A stretch of DNA of 64,000 nt from Lingula anatina. Taxonomy: Eukaryota; Animalia; Brachiopoda. The position numbers and the translations under genes were made by a program. The notes beneath the pieces are model-generated. The model worked only from the letters and a program-made list of their open reading frames with translations. It was not told where the DNA came from and made no database searches. Of the stretch, positions 26,371 to 47,400 are shown piece after piece; the stretch's first letter is position 1, and every line of letters begins with the position of its first letter. The stretch is taken from assembly GCA_051362555.1 (NCBI GenBank), contig CM120640.1, positions 32,879,967 through 32,943,966 of the forward strand. Reading direction: 5' to 3'.

Positions 26371-29300
26371 TCAGATCTGGAATAAACAAAATTTTGTTAA
26401 CTGTTTGCAATGTAGATTATGAATATTCTTTTCAAAAAAGTACAAAGCAGTAAGTTGTTTTAGTCAGAATTAAGAATAACACTTGTGAAATCATCTGACT
26501 GTCACAATGACATAACTCAGAGTACTCAAAACTGAAGTACAAAACAAATAGGAAAACAACAGTTAAGAGGAATCATTTTCATCCCTGCTAAACACCTTAA
26601 CACTCCATTTCAAAAAGAAGATCTTTGGTTGCTTCCTGCTGTTTCTAAGCCAGTCAGTTAAGAAAGAACATTAAAGATAAATGGCCTAGCGTAATCAGTG
26701 CAATCTCATAAGTTTAGATAAACAGGAACTAAAGGTCCAGACAACTTGGGGCCGTGATGTTGTACATCTAACATCCTCATTAGAGCAGGAATGTTACAAA
26801 TCAAAAATTCTGTAGATTTTTCTTGGTACATTTTCACAGTTAAATACCAGTTACCTGAGGCAAGAGACATATATAATTTTTTTTTACAAGAAACAAAAAC
26901 CAAACCATCTTAACACAATTAAAACAAATTATCAGGCCCATGAAAATACTTACCAGCTAATAGGTTAATTAACTGACATATGCATACAGAAAATTGTATG
27001 TAAAAGCAAGATGAGGTTTGGAAAAACTTACATCGTCAATTTCATCATCATCATCACAATCGTCAAACATGATGGTTTCATCATAATCATCTTCTAGTCC
27101 AGTATCATTGATTTTAGCTGAAAGCAAAGGAACATTTTATCACTTAAGACAATCAACTGGGTTGCAATTTATTTGTGATGTTGTATATGGTTCAAATAAA
27201 TAGCACAAGCAGATATATACCATTAAAACAGTGGGTTATCAATGTTACTTTTAAAAAACTATGCACTCAAAGTCTCTGCATGAAGAAGTTGCTTTTCAAA
27301 ATTATTGAAAGACCACTGAAAGCGGAACTCGGCATTTGGCGCTTTCCGTAGTATAAAATGATTAACCATGGTGGCAGTGACAGTAATGCAGAATGTGGGA
27401 TAGCCAAGACCACATGTAGAGAAAACTCAAAACTAACATCAAACAGCACAAATTATGTAAGGATACAAATGTCAAGTTGTGTTTGACAAATTGGAGGAAA
27501 TAACATATACTTCAGTAATACTAAGAGCAAATTAAAGCACCCAAGACAAACTGAATTAAACACTGCCCACATTACTACAGAAAACCAATGTATCTATCCC
27601 CCCTTCAACAGAAATCAATCATTTTCCAGTTTGAGCATTTCCTGTTGTGTCTGTATAATTCATCCAAATTATACAGATATTTTTCAGTATTTTTTAAAAT
27701 AAAATAAGACTTCCCCGTATGTTTTTAGGTACTTTATTTTCTATACTACACAGACATAATATTTAAAGATAAATATTTATTTGTTATGGTTGCGTGTGTC
27801 AATATATCCATGTTCTTAGCTAGGGGAAAGCTTATAAATACCTGTTTCTGGTAGTTCTCCATATGCTTTCAAGTTTCTGGCCTCATCTGGTGTGTATTTT
27901 AGAATTACATCTGCTTTTCCATCTTGGTAATCTCGAAGTCCAAGAAGAATAATATCACCACCATTGATCCACACCTATGAGAAAATTTCAAATATCTTCA
28001 TTATTTGCATAAACACACTAGATAAATGTTGTCAAATCAATCTAAAGCTTTGTAAACTGATATTGTGGTGAAAATATTGTAAAATTCCACAAAAAATAAA
28101 CAAGCAAAAATATTGGCAGACTCGGGGTGTTTGGGTGGTGGTAGTGGCAAGGGTTAACACCCCTCCCCCACCCCCTTTTGCCATTTTACAAAAAAAAAAA
28201 AATCTCTTTCCTCAAGCGGGAAAAATTGACAAATCACACAGACAATTTCAAATACTACATCAAATCGTATAAATTTTGCCAAATTCAATACATACTAAGT
28301 AAGCTACTACCATTTTACGCAAATAAACAAACAAATAGATAAATAACAAAATAAAGAACCTTTTTCCTCAGTTTTCCACGAATATGGCAAAGTCTTTTTA
28401 CACCATCAAAGCACAAGGCTTCTAACCTTCCATTCCCAAGCATCTTAGTGACTTGGGCATATTCTGGAAATGAAATGCGTTAGGTGAGCACTAAGCACCT
28501 TCAACACAATCAGTCTCAACAGACTCCAACAGAATCTTACAAACACATTTTACAAAATATCAGCATACAATGTGAAAACATTTTATTAGGGTTTATAAAA
28601 TTAAATATAATTCATTTTCTATTAATTCAATAATTCTTCTTCAAATAAATGATACATTATTCTGTGTCCAGCTTTTAATGAAAAGTTTTTAATCAGGCAT
28701 CTGTATCAGATGTTCAATTCTTCGAACAAATCATGCATGACCAAACAGTTCTCCTTTTTCCTGGTTTTAATAAGCTATTTAATAAACTTTACTTTTGTTG
28801 CACTGAATTTGGTATCAAAATTTCAATGCATTTGTGCAGTTAACGACTGGAAATTGAACTGTGCGACAAGTCTTAAAAATTGTCAAATAAACCTGACAGA
28901 ACTTTGAAGCACAGAGCAGGGAAAACTGCAGAGTGCATTTAACACAAACAAATATAATATTTATTACACTGAAATTAAGACACCAATGCAGTATAAGGAA
29001 ATGGCACAATGCTATTAATCTAACACTAATTTCACACATTTTGAGTCAAAACATTTATGGAGAACAAATAAGACCATGCTCTGTTAATCATGGCCATAAT
29101 TCTGACATAAAAAGATTCTAAAATGTTAAGAATCTATTTTCTTAAGTTTTGACTTTAAAATCACCCAAAAATATTACTATTTACCATTCAGCAACATGTA
29201 ATTATCAGAACTTCTTTATTACCTTGTCCATCTTCCTTGAACACCAACTCCCTTTTTTCATTTTCATTCTCATTTTTTCCTCTCCTCCTGTTTTTACCTC

Positions 29301-30875
29301 CCTTTCCTAAGAAATAAAATAGAAAGGTCTCCATGATGTTTAATACTGATATGTGAAGAAATGGAGATTGCTTACCTTTAACTCATTATTATACCTTCTG
29401 TTGAATTGCTGACTTATTGGCCGGGTTATTGTGTACTATATTAAAAAAAATATTATTTGTGTTTTGCACAAGGGTATTATTGGTCAAAGTGAATTCTAGC
29501 CCTCTGATAATCAGTATAATAAAAACAAACAGGACTCGGTCTCTTTGAGACTATGAAGAGCAGTGCCCAGTGAAAGCAAATAGGACCCTTGGCTTTGCGT
29601 AGGGGTCCCATTTCCTTTCATTGGGCACTATTCTTCATAGTTCCCTCAGGACTGTCTGCTATTTGTTTAATAATAAATTGCAAAGCCACTTAATTTTTTT
29701 TTTTTTTTTCACCAATTTTCTTTTTATCAAATTAAACCAAATAAAAGAATTCTGGTTCAATGATTATTATTTGTAAAGATATTTGAGACTCAAAAAGGAT
29801 GCCACAGCTCTGAAGAACTTGATAAACATTAATTAATTCGTTTTTTTTTTTTTTTAATTTGGTCTAACACAGTCTGGTACCCATATCCCAATGATATGGT
29901 GATAAAAATTTCTTTGAATATTCTTATAAAATCACCATACAGAGATCTTTAAGAAAGAAATAAGGTGTGATAATAATGCACCTATGACAATCTATTAAAA
30001 ACATGCAATATCCTATCTAAGCTTTTGATCCTTAATCCTATTTCAGGGATTTGAAAAAAAAAAACAACAAGATCCTAGGGTATGTGACGTCAGTTACATG
30101 TTAGAGATGGGTAATTTATTTATTATTATTATCATTTTATTTATTTATTTATTTATTTTTTTGTTAGATGATCTTTACAAAGATCGGCAAGGCATGTCTT
30201 ACCCATTGTGAGTGGTGTATGGCATCATACTCATGCAAGATGATGTGACATAGTTTAGATCAATATACCACACTGTTGACTAACTTCCCATTGCTTATTA
30301 ATATATAAAAAACTTTAAATAATTGAAATATATCAGTGGTACATATTAAAAATGCTTATTGTGTATGAAATATTTAAGACAATGAAATGTAAAGTGTCTA
30401 CTTATTTTTACATTAGGTGTTATTGTGTGAGATAGCCCATCCTTCAGTGAAAGTAAACCTTGTGCCAAAGAAAAATTCCACAAAATGAGAGTGAGAATCA
30501 ATATAAAAATTCGACCTTTTCCACAAAGTTTTGAACATAAACAATATGTGTGTATGTATTAGAAGAATGTAAAACACAAAAGAAAGCATCTCTTGCAGTT
30601 TCCAACTGATTTAAATTACCTTTTTATCAGTTTGATAATATTAAAGGAAAGTAAACTTCAAAGTAACCAAACCTCTGCACTTTCATCATCACGCTGTCGT
30701 TGAACATTGGTCTAGTAGGTTAATAAAACTTACATTGCACAACGTAATTTCCACAACAAAATAATGTCGGGTCATTCAATGAAAAAGTAAGTTCGTTTCA
30801 CCAACATCGTGTAACTGATTAATGTTAATAAGCGGTCCTTCAACATGTGACAGTCTTACCTTTATTCTTTGGCAT
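26371..30875 (-). CDS. EIF1A: Eukaryotic translation initiation factor 1A, 142 aa, 6 coding exons
   Basis: Exons (minus) 30875-30860, 29306-29223, 28463-28360, 27974-27842, 27117-27032, 26376-26371. Translation [111 protein letters not shown]...DDDEIDDI*; all GT-AG. Confidence 0.97.
29523..29668. repeat. Fold-back palindrome (MITE-like) in eIF1A intron 1
   Basis: Core arms actatgaagagcagtgcccagtgaaagcaaataggaccc (from 29550) and gggtcccatttcctttcattgggcactattcttcatagt (to 29641) are about 39 bp long with about 5 mismatches; outer aaacaaa/tttgttt ends. Confidence 0.75.
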
Positions 30876-31560
30876 GATCTAAAACTGAAAACAAATTTCT
30901 TCAAATGAGATATTCAACCAAATACGTCAACAGAATGGTAAATTTCTGTCAGTCCATATGTGCTCTAGTCTCTAACACGCATGCGACAACATGATAGAGA
31001 ATTGTGGGAAGACTTCCGTCTTATCTGGTGCATTTGATGATGTTTAAATGTTGGATAAAAACAAAAAAAAAACACCAGAAATTGGAGTATCTCACATAAG
31101 ATTCTCCAAAAACTCGTAATAATTCTATGCATGTTTTCTGTTGCACAAAATAAGGAATTTTACTGTAAAACCAAATAAATTATACCAAGCACAACTTGGC
31201 GCCGAGGGCCTGGAATGTGTTAGATGAGATTAAACAGGGTCAGGTCAAACAAAATGGGTAAATATGATGATTAAATATTTCATATTGATGACTTTTTTTC
31301 GCAACATTGAGCATGGTGAGGCAACGAGGCCATGACATTATCAGAGGAAAGGTACCCTTTGTACGCACGAACGGTAAACTATTATAAAGAAGTACAGAAA
31401 TGCTAAACAAGGTGTTTAAACGGCCCTAGGTGTGGGTTGGCAGGATTACATGTAGGTCGCAGTGAATCATACAGGAATCAGGATATTTAGCGGTGATTTT
31501 TCTGACCAAGCCACCGATGATTTATTGGGTCACTCATCATTGCAACTAAAGGAAGAAAAG
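30876..31560. promoter_or_regulatory. Head-to-head promoter region eIF1A / Regnase, including the probable non-coding first exon of Regnase
   Basis: Divergent genes. NRF1-like acgcatgcg near 30977, ETS-like acttccg near 31011, more CpGs than the surrounding DNA. Strong donor aag|gtaaga at 31561 pairs with acceptor ttttccag at 34328. Confidence 0.55.
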
Positions 31561-32161
31561 GTAAGATACCTTAGGTTTGTCAGTTTTTTGGTAGATTACA
31601 CGAGTTTTTCATATTTAAAGAGGAACGAATTTTATAACAGAACTTCCTTGTTGGTATCCAATGAAAGGTCTTTGTCGAAAGTCCGTTGTTGAGCTTGGTT
31701 TACCAGTAACGTATCCATTTACATACTGTTTTGAGAAGGAGACATAGGTGTGATTTTGTGATATACCTGGTTTGATATCCATGTAAGCCACTATCTTACT
31801 GTTTATATGGTCAGATTTTTTCAAATGACTTAATATGAACATTTATACAGTAGATGTTGAAAAATATGAACATTTGTAGATGTTGAAATGTACAAAGTAC
31901 AGTGTCCTTGTGTGGTATAGTATACAGGGGTACAGTGCAACTCAGATTAGGAACTGGAAGCCCAGTCCATTTTTAAAATTGATTCCCAAACATTCGTAAA
32001 ATGATATGTGATTTAGACCTTGAGGTCGATATTTGGGCATGAAATCATGGCCTGCATAAAACTCACATGTAATATAACAAGCCATCGATGATGGTTAGAT
32101 CAATTACTAGGGAGAGTTCAGATAAACCTATCTCCTCTACCAGCAAGGAGGTACATGTAAT

Positions 32162-32322
32162 TAGGGGTGGATTGAGGCTGTTTTCTGGAAGACTGCGGAA
32201 GACTGTCAGATTTTCAAGTTTACATCGACGGGTATCTAATTTTTTTCTCGGTCAAAAATGAAGGATGGATCAACAAAAATAATTTGGAAGACTGTCAGAA
32301 AACATCTCTGGATCTGCCCCTG
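32162..32322. mobile_element. Short hAT-like non-autonomous element
   Basis: Termini taggggtggattgagg / tctggatctgcccctg resemble the element at 4641-4931; internal repeated ggaagactg motif. Confidence 0.55.
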
Positions 32323-33399
32323 CTATCGTACCTGTTCCATTTTGGAAGCTCTTTCACTCTTGAAAAGAGGCAATGTCTGACAATTAATTAAGCTGATAAC
32401 ACTGAATGCACTATAGTTTCATCATGGATGGAGTTTCACAGCCCATTTCCTTATTCATATACTAATAGGTATAGAAATCTTTGTATCATTGTACCTGTGA
32501 CAGTGCAGGCCAGTGACCTCACCGGTTGACACGTAAGGTGCAAATGGCAAGGCTGTATATTATGAGGTATATTTTCTATTTCATACTTTTCTCTGAACAT
32601 TATGAATGGTCAGTTTTGATAAAATCAGTGATTAAAGGAGATTCTCTGTTTGTTGATGTTTGGTATATAAAAATGTGCATTGTTACATAACGGGCACAGA
32701 TTTTTTTATAACACTTCAGACTGAATTAGGGTTCAATAAAGTATACTGTATACTGGAAAGGCTGACAATGGTGGTGTCATTCTTTCGTCATGGTTGTCAA
32801 CTCTATGCATTTATGCATATTCTACACATATTTTGTATTGTTTCCCTTTGTTATCACCTGGGTGTTATACTATTGTTAATAATATGTGCATGATCTGTGT
32901 AAGTAGAACGCTATACAAAAGAACTGAGGTAACCTTGATTTGGCAGAATAAGAGATGCACAGTACACAATGAATATGATTGCTGATGCACAAATATATAT
33001 ATATAATACAACCTGTAAATTACCCTTGCAAGTTGATTACAGCCACCTTCTTCATGGTTATTCCATAGTCTCCTTGCTGATTATTGAACCATACTTAATG
33101 GAAGGGATTCATGCCTTTTTTTTTTCAAAAAATTATGAAAGAGCTCAGGGGGTGACAAGTTTACAACAGTTTTTAACAAAGTTGTCTAAAAAGTTAAAAC
33201 ATAAATTGCATTCCAAAATGTCTGTTTCCACTGTATTTCATATTGTGGACTTAATTTTTTTTCAAATATTCTTTTTTATTTTGTTTAAAATATAATTATT
33301 TTTTTAAGAGATAGCCTCATAGATTATTTGTGGTTATTCAAACATTTCCATTTGTTACAACACAAACTGTATTTGATAAATAACAAAACTTAAATTTCT

Positions 33400-33469
33400 A
33401 AACTGCTTTGCTTGTGTCAAGTTTTTTTCTGTTAAAATTGCTTTGCTTGTGTCAAGTTTTTTTCTGTTA
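33400..33469. repeat. 35-bp tandem duplication
   Basis: aaa(c/t)tgctttgcttgtgtcaagtttttttctgtta occurs twice in direct succession. Confidence 0.85.
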
Positions 33470-33767
33470 CTAGAGTGCATACAAACAAGTAATCGCATGT
33501 TGTATGCTGCAAAATGAAACATGTTCACGTGATGTAGTATGATGTGCAGCTTACAAAAGCAATGGGATATCATATCATACTAAACAGCACACTTATTTAA
33601 CACTTACTTATCTGTAAAAGAAAGTACACTTGTCACATTTGCAGTCTGCCTATTTATTTTCACTGATCATGAATTTTTCTTCTGAAGTCACGAAAAGCAT
33701 GCTATTAATTTGAGCTTTTCTTCATTCAGTCATGACTTTGTTATTTTTATCTCATGCTTAAATCTAA

Positions 33768-34010
33768 GACCCCATTCACATAGACACCATCAGACTACGT
33801 AGATCGATCCAACTCTGTGTGGACTCTTGCTGGTTGCAATTAGCTTAACTGAATAACACACCTCCTAGAACACAGAAAAGCTGGTGATTTAATGTGTACA
33901 TTGAAAACAAGAGGAGGCATATCATTCTGTTAAGCTGATTGCACTCAGCGAGAGTCCCAGCAGAGTTGGATCGATTTACGTAGGTTGATGGTGTTTATGG
34001 GAATGGGGTC
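33768..34010. mobile_element. MITE, family A copy 2
   Basis: TIRs gaccccattcacatagacaccatcagactacgtagatcgatccaactc / gagttggatcgatttacgtaggttgatggtgtttatgggaatggggtc. Its interior is the reverse complement of the interior of 4161-4411. Flanks are TAA / AAA. Confidence 0.8.
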
Positions 34011-34524
34011 AAACTATACTTTATCCTGGATAATCTTACACAGCTCATAAATGCAAGTTTAACATTTTTTGTTTTACTGTACAGCTTTATACCAAACCAT
34101 CATCTTTGCTCTCAGTTGTTTTGTGCAGTTTGGCACACTCATTTATCCATATCTGGTGAAAAAATGCATAAAATTTAGACAATTTCCCATTGTTAAGTGG
34201 GATGTAAAGACATGCAAATACCACAGAGAAATGTTTTTCATGTGCTAGATTGCAGCCAAAGAATCATTACCACCTTTTATTATGTAAGCATGCATGCATT
34301 TGGACTTATGAACTTTCCTTTTTTCCAGCCCATTGGAATATTACATTTTGTACCAGACAGAAAGGGAATTCAGACAAGAAGAAATTTGAATCTCTACAGA
34401 CGTTTGAAGCATAAACAGTTATTTAAAGAAAATAGTGAATATTGGTTACTAGTACTAGTTCACATTTGACAAATACAGATGAATTCTCCAACAGTGTTTT
34501 GGAAGACTATGTGATTGACTGTAC

Positions 34525-42370
<7,846 letters not shown>

Positions 42371-42690
42371 ATGAGTTTTTTTTTTAAATGGTGATACCCC
42401 GGCTGCATATTTTTTGATCTGTTTAATGCAGTGCATTTAGAACTTTTTCAAAATTAAAAAAAAATGGGGAATAAGTCTGTATGCTGTTACTTACTGGTGC
42501 TTTTCCCCCCTATAAACAGGGTTTAATAAAAACCCGAGGCATTATTTCATTTTGATGAACAGAAAAGATTTTGTAATTGGTGGTGAAACTGACCCCCCCC
42601 CCCCCAAAAAAAAAAAAAAAAAAAAAAAAACTGCTTGCTGCCTTTGCACATTTTTTCTTTTAAGTGGGAACATTATTAAACTTAAAAATG

Positions 42691-42922
42691 GGTCATTTCA
42701 CAAAAAAAAGTGAACATTTCAGTCATGTCAGTGATGCACACATTTTGTGCAATATTTGGACTTGCCCCATCATATTTCACTGTTTTATACTATTATAGTA
42801 CCCTCCAGCATGGAAAGATATCAACAGTTACTCAAAAATAATATAAAACGGCAACCATTACGCGAAATGTATGGCACTGACATGACATAACTAATATGTT
42901 CACTTTTTTTTGTGATATGACC
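42691..42922. mobile_element. MITE downstream of the Regnase stop codon (likely extended 3' UTR)
   Basis: 27-bp TIRs ggtcatttcacaaaaaaaagtgaacat / atgttcacttttttttgtgatatgacc (1 mismatch) plus an inner inverted pair gtcatgtcagtg / cactgacatgac. Confidence 0.8.
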
Positions 42923-44430
42923 TAAAAAGATTTACAAAAAAAAAAAAAAAAAGATTGATTCTTTTCACTTAGATAACTGCCTTTAGGTAGAAGATGCCCA
43001 AATCTTAGTTTTCATTTAAATGAGATAATTTCTTTTTTTGATAATTTTGATATAGGTTTACACTAAAGAATCCCCATGTATAATGCTGTATTAGTTGGCT
43101 AGGGTTAGCCACATGGTTGTGCAGGAGATGCAGATTTGCTTTAGTCTAATGCAAGTTAAGGCTCTTATAGTTACTGGTTAACTAGTTCCATTGTGAAAAG
43201 TGATTATGTGGTGAAAATAATTTAATGATACGAGTGTATCTAGTAATTATTTGTAGTATCAAAAGCAAGAAGTATCACAGTTGGATATTTTAAGGTTATT
43301 GTGATGTTGCAAAAATTCAAAATTTTAAATTAGGTCTTTGGACATTATTACAGTTATATGCATTAGAAAGCTTTGAAAACCCTTAACTTCAGGAGCTAAA
43401 AGAAATCTGCTTTCTTCATGCCAGAGTTGTCACAAAATTTGTGACATATGTCAGTATGCCTAATTCAGTAGGCAATTTAATGTGTACAGTTAATTGTTAT
43501 TGATGTTGTTAGCTTTGGTAGAAATTAGGCATATGATTTCACAGTAGATATATCAAGTAAAGACACTAAAGTCTTGCACATTTTATCCAGATATTGGAGC
43601 CATTTGAAATGTACTACTCATTTATTCTAATTAATAAGATTGATATTTCATTAATTATTATTAAGGTATATCTGAAGTTTGTGTTTGTTTGTTTGTATGT
43701 TATGTATTAAAATTCAAAGGACATGGTCAGCTTCAGGACATCTTTTGTCTTGGCCCACATGTAAACAATTGTACTTTTATAAAAGCTTCTTTGGTGTTAA
43801 AATGTCCTGTTAGGATAGATATTTATATAAATACAAATTTGCCCAACTCATCTGAAAAAAAAAATTCATACGTTTTCAATAAAAAACATTGTTACATATC
43901 ACTCTTCAGGAAAAAAAATTGCTTAAAATTTTCATAATTGTGCAGATTTGTAATTTGTTTTTTATGTATATATGTACAAAATTCTTATGAATCTATTATT
44001 GGTATATAGATATATATTTATGTATTTGATGTAACTACGTATTCTTTAAAAAAGTTCTAAATGTGTTGGTTAAATACTAATTATAAGTGGTAAATGGTAT
44101 TCAAATAAAAATTGCTTGTAAATTATCTGAAAATGTTTTAAGTTTTATTTCTGAATTCCATAACCAGAATTTTTGCTGTACTTCACCAAGTGTCATCAGG
44201 GAATCAAGAATCTTCACATATTTCACAATAATGAAAAGACAACACATTAATAAGTTGAATATGCTTTATTTTATCTCAGTTGCTTTAGCTAGAACAGTAA
44301 AAGCAGATTTTGATCAAATTCTTTGTTATGGGAAAAATTTGAGCACTGTGGCCTTTAAAAAGTTTTTTTCTTCATTTTCTAACTGCTGATGGATAAAATA
44401 ACATTCATTAAACACTAGGTCTTTTAAGTT

Positions 44431-47400
44431 TTAGAAAAACCAAATCTCTTCTTGGATTTTCTGCATTTCCTCTACAGTCCAATCTAGTCCATTTTCAGTA
44501 ATCCTGAAATTGAATTTTGAAATTAAAACTCGTGGCTGCATTTGTTATCCACTATTCAAATTCTTGTATTACTCAATTTGCCAAACATTTGATCATGAAG
44601 ACACTTCACTTCAATACCAAGTGCATGTAAAATAGTATAAAGCACACTGTCAATATCTTATATTTAAATATTCAAAATATAAGTGATTATAAGGACAAAT
44701 TGAGATGAGAATACTATATTTTGCAATTCTACAGCATAATGAGGTAAAATATATCTTGAATACTTACACTGAATCACAGGTCGTACTCTCCTCTCTGTTA
44801 TCTTCTTTGCTCATACCACAAGTGACATCATCTGGTAACTCTAGGTAGTTATATTCTAAATCTTGTGATGGAAGAACACCAATAGGAATCTCGGCCCAAT
44901 CAATTGGCTCTTTAACAAAAAATAACAGATTTACAAAAAAAGAAAAAATTAAATGGAGTAACTTATAAGCTGCTTATGCTCCCAAAGTTCTTTTTAAATC
45001 CTGTATCATTCCTATAAAACAACTAAATATAAATATTTAACTGTTTCAAAACATGTTCTTTACCTGTACAAAGCTTCCATACTGAACACTCTTCTTTTAA
45101 CTGCCCTGGTTCCTGTTCCTCAGTTTTAGTACCTGGAAAGTATTTTGTTATAATAAAACTACGTTTCTCCAATATTCCCTCAGGCCCCCCTCTGAAATTG
45201 TTGGCTATGGGCCTGTCCCTTCACCTAAATTATGAACAAAAACATTCAAATATCTCCTCAAACTTTTGCAGTTGCTGCAATATCAGTTTACAGCATTGAT
45301 ATGACAATATTATATCCACAAGCTGTTCACCTTTTTTAAAGGAATGGCCCTGTCATGGTGGTCTTTTTTCAATCTTACAACTTTGGGATAATATGTTCAA
45401 ATAAGAAAAGGGTAAAAAACTCACTTCCTACTATATCTCCCAGTTTATGGACTGCTAGCTGCCCAACATCTTCAGATACTTTGCAGGAAAATGGCTGTTT
45501 TTGTTGGCTTTGGTAGACTAATGTTAAATACAGTAGGTGTTCAACTTGTCTAGGTGCAAGAGCTGGTTTTAAATATTCCAATATCCTAAAATCAGATATA
45601 TATGTAAGATTATATAGCAAAAATGATGAGGGAAATCAATCCTATTACTTTTAGACAAACTTCGCATGTTGTAGAATGCAGAACCATAGTCACTTATGCT
45701 GCATGGACATGAAGCTACTGATAAAATTCAATGTTCACACACCACTATATCTTTAAATAACAAACTTCTTACACGTGTATCAGCATAAGCATCCACTTTG
45801 AAGGAGTTTCTATGCACATGTCCAACATATCTTTCCATGGGAGAGAACATGGGGTTCTATATAACACAACATCTGACTGCAGGCCTGAATGTAAACACAA
45901 AATCTTAGTTTCATCCTTAAGATGCCTTTGCAATTTCAAAACTGAGAAAGTTGACGCTGAACATCACCTAGCTCTACAATATCTGTTTAATTTTCACTGT
46001 TGATGAAAATAAAGTGAGAGTGCTCTGCTCTATGAAAGACAGATTACCAGTGAACTTTACACAGACAATATGGAGGGCTCCTTCATTTAACTTAAAAAGT
46101 ATAAGTTAACATCATACATTCTACATAAATATATATTACCACTATTTGCCATGATTATGGTAAAAACCCAGCCTGTCAAAAGCTTGTTCCTTAGGCTTGA
46201 TTCATCAGTAACCTGGCCTAGCAAATACTGAGCAAGTGAGACTGTCATCTGAAGATGGTGAAGACGCTTCAGCACAGGCTTCCAAAATGTGAGTAATTCA
46301 TGGGGTATATCCAAATTGTCAGCAGTTATGAAATCTAAAATTATACAGGAATTTCTTTTCATAATGATACAAATGCAATTATTTAAAAATCAATCACACT
46401 TTTATATAAAATGAAGGTGAGAAGAAGTCAAGGTTTGCTACTTCCGCACACAAGGAATCCTTATTTGTATACAGCTTATGAACCCATGCAAAGCATACTA
46501 TGCAATCCCTCCCTTTCTGACAAACACATAACTTGACTGGTGGTAGCAGTGCTTTCATTAAAAAACCCAATTGCTTTTTTGCAATGCTCTGGTTCTTCAC
46601 TAGCAACAGCAAATTTGTTTGTTTTGTCTCATAAATTGTTGTGCGCAAGGAGCTAGTAATTGGTTGTTTTAAATTAGGTTGAAATTTGACTAACATAAAC
46701 ACAACTTGGTTCCCTGTTATCTGGGGGACAAGAAGTAAGTTGGCAGTAAGACCGGTTAGATATGGCAACTTTGTACTCTTCGCTTATATTAATTACCAAG
46801 ATGAAATGTTATTTTAAGTCCCCATATGTCCTAGTCAAGAATTTGAAGTGTGGGTGTAAAAGTGGCAGTGTATTAATGACCACAAGTTTAAGCTAGATGT
46901 ATTTATATATATCATTAGATATTCAGTTAACCCTTACCTTCCACACAGATCCCCAGTGCATCAAGCTGTTCACTAGTTGATATGAAATAGCCTTCTTCAC
47001 ATAACCAGCTAATTGCTTTATTCCTGAAACATATTCAATATTGCTCTTACATTGATTTTAAGATGTAAAATACATTATCATATAGATGCAAACAAAACAA
47101 TAAAACAAACAGCTTAAATAAAACAAAATTTTGGCACATTCCCTATCATTGTTATATCATGAAACATTATAGCTTAATTCTTTTATATTTTGGTTACAAA
47201 ATGCTGTAATAAAATGTAGTTTTTTTAAAGTCCATACCTTTGCCCTAAAGCATTTTTTTCGAGATCATCCAATATACTTTGTAATTCCTTCTTGTCTGCT
47301 TTACTTGGCTGTTTGAATTCACTGAGAAGCTAGAAAAACTCTTAAAATTATTTCTGCTACAAATCACACTCTTTTTGTTTTTAATTTAAAGATGAATAAA

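Noticed and set aside
30627-30692. Possible box C/D snoRNA in eIF1A intron 1 (GTGATGA ... CTGA on the minus strand)
   Set aside because: No terminal stem and no recognisable rRNA/snRNA guide sequence.
34500-34516. tggaagactatgtgatt resembles miR-7
   Set aside because: Contains an insertion relative to miR-7, has no hairpin, and lies in the Regnase leader exon.
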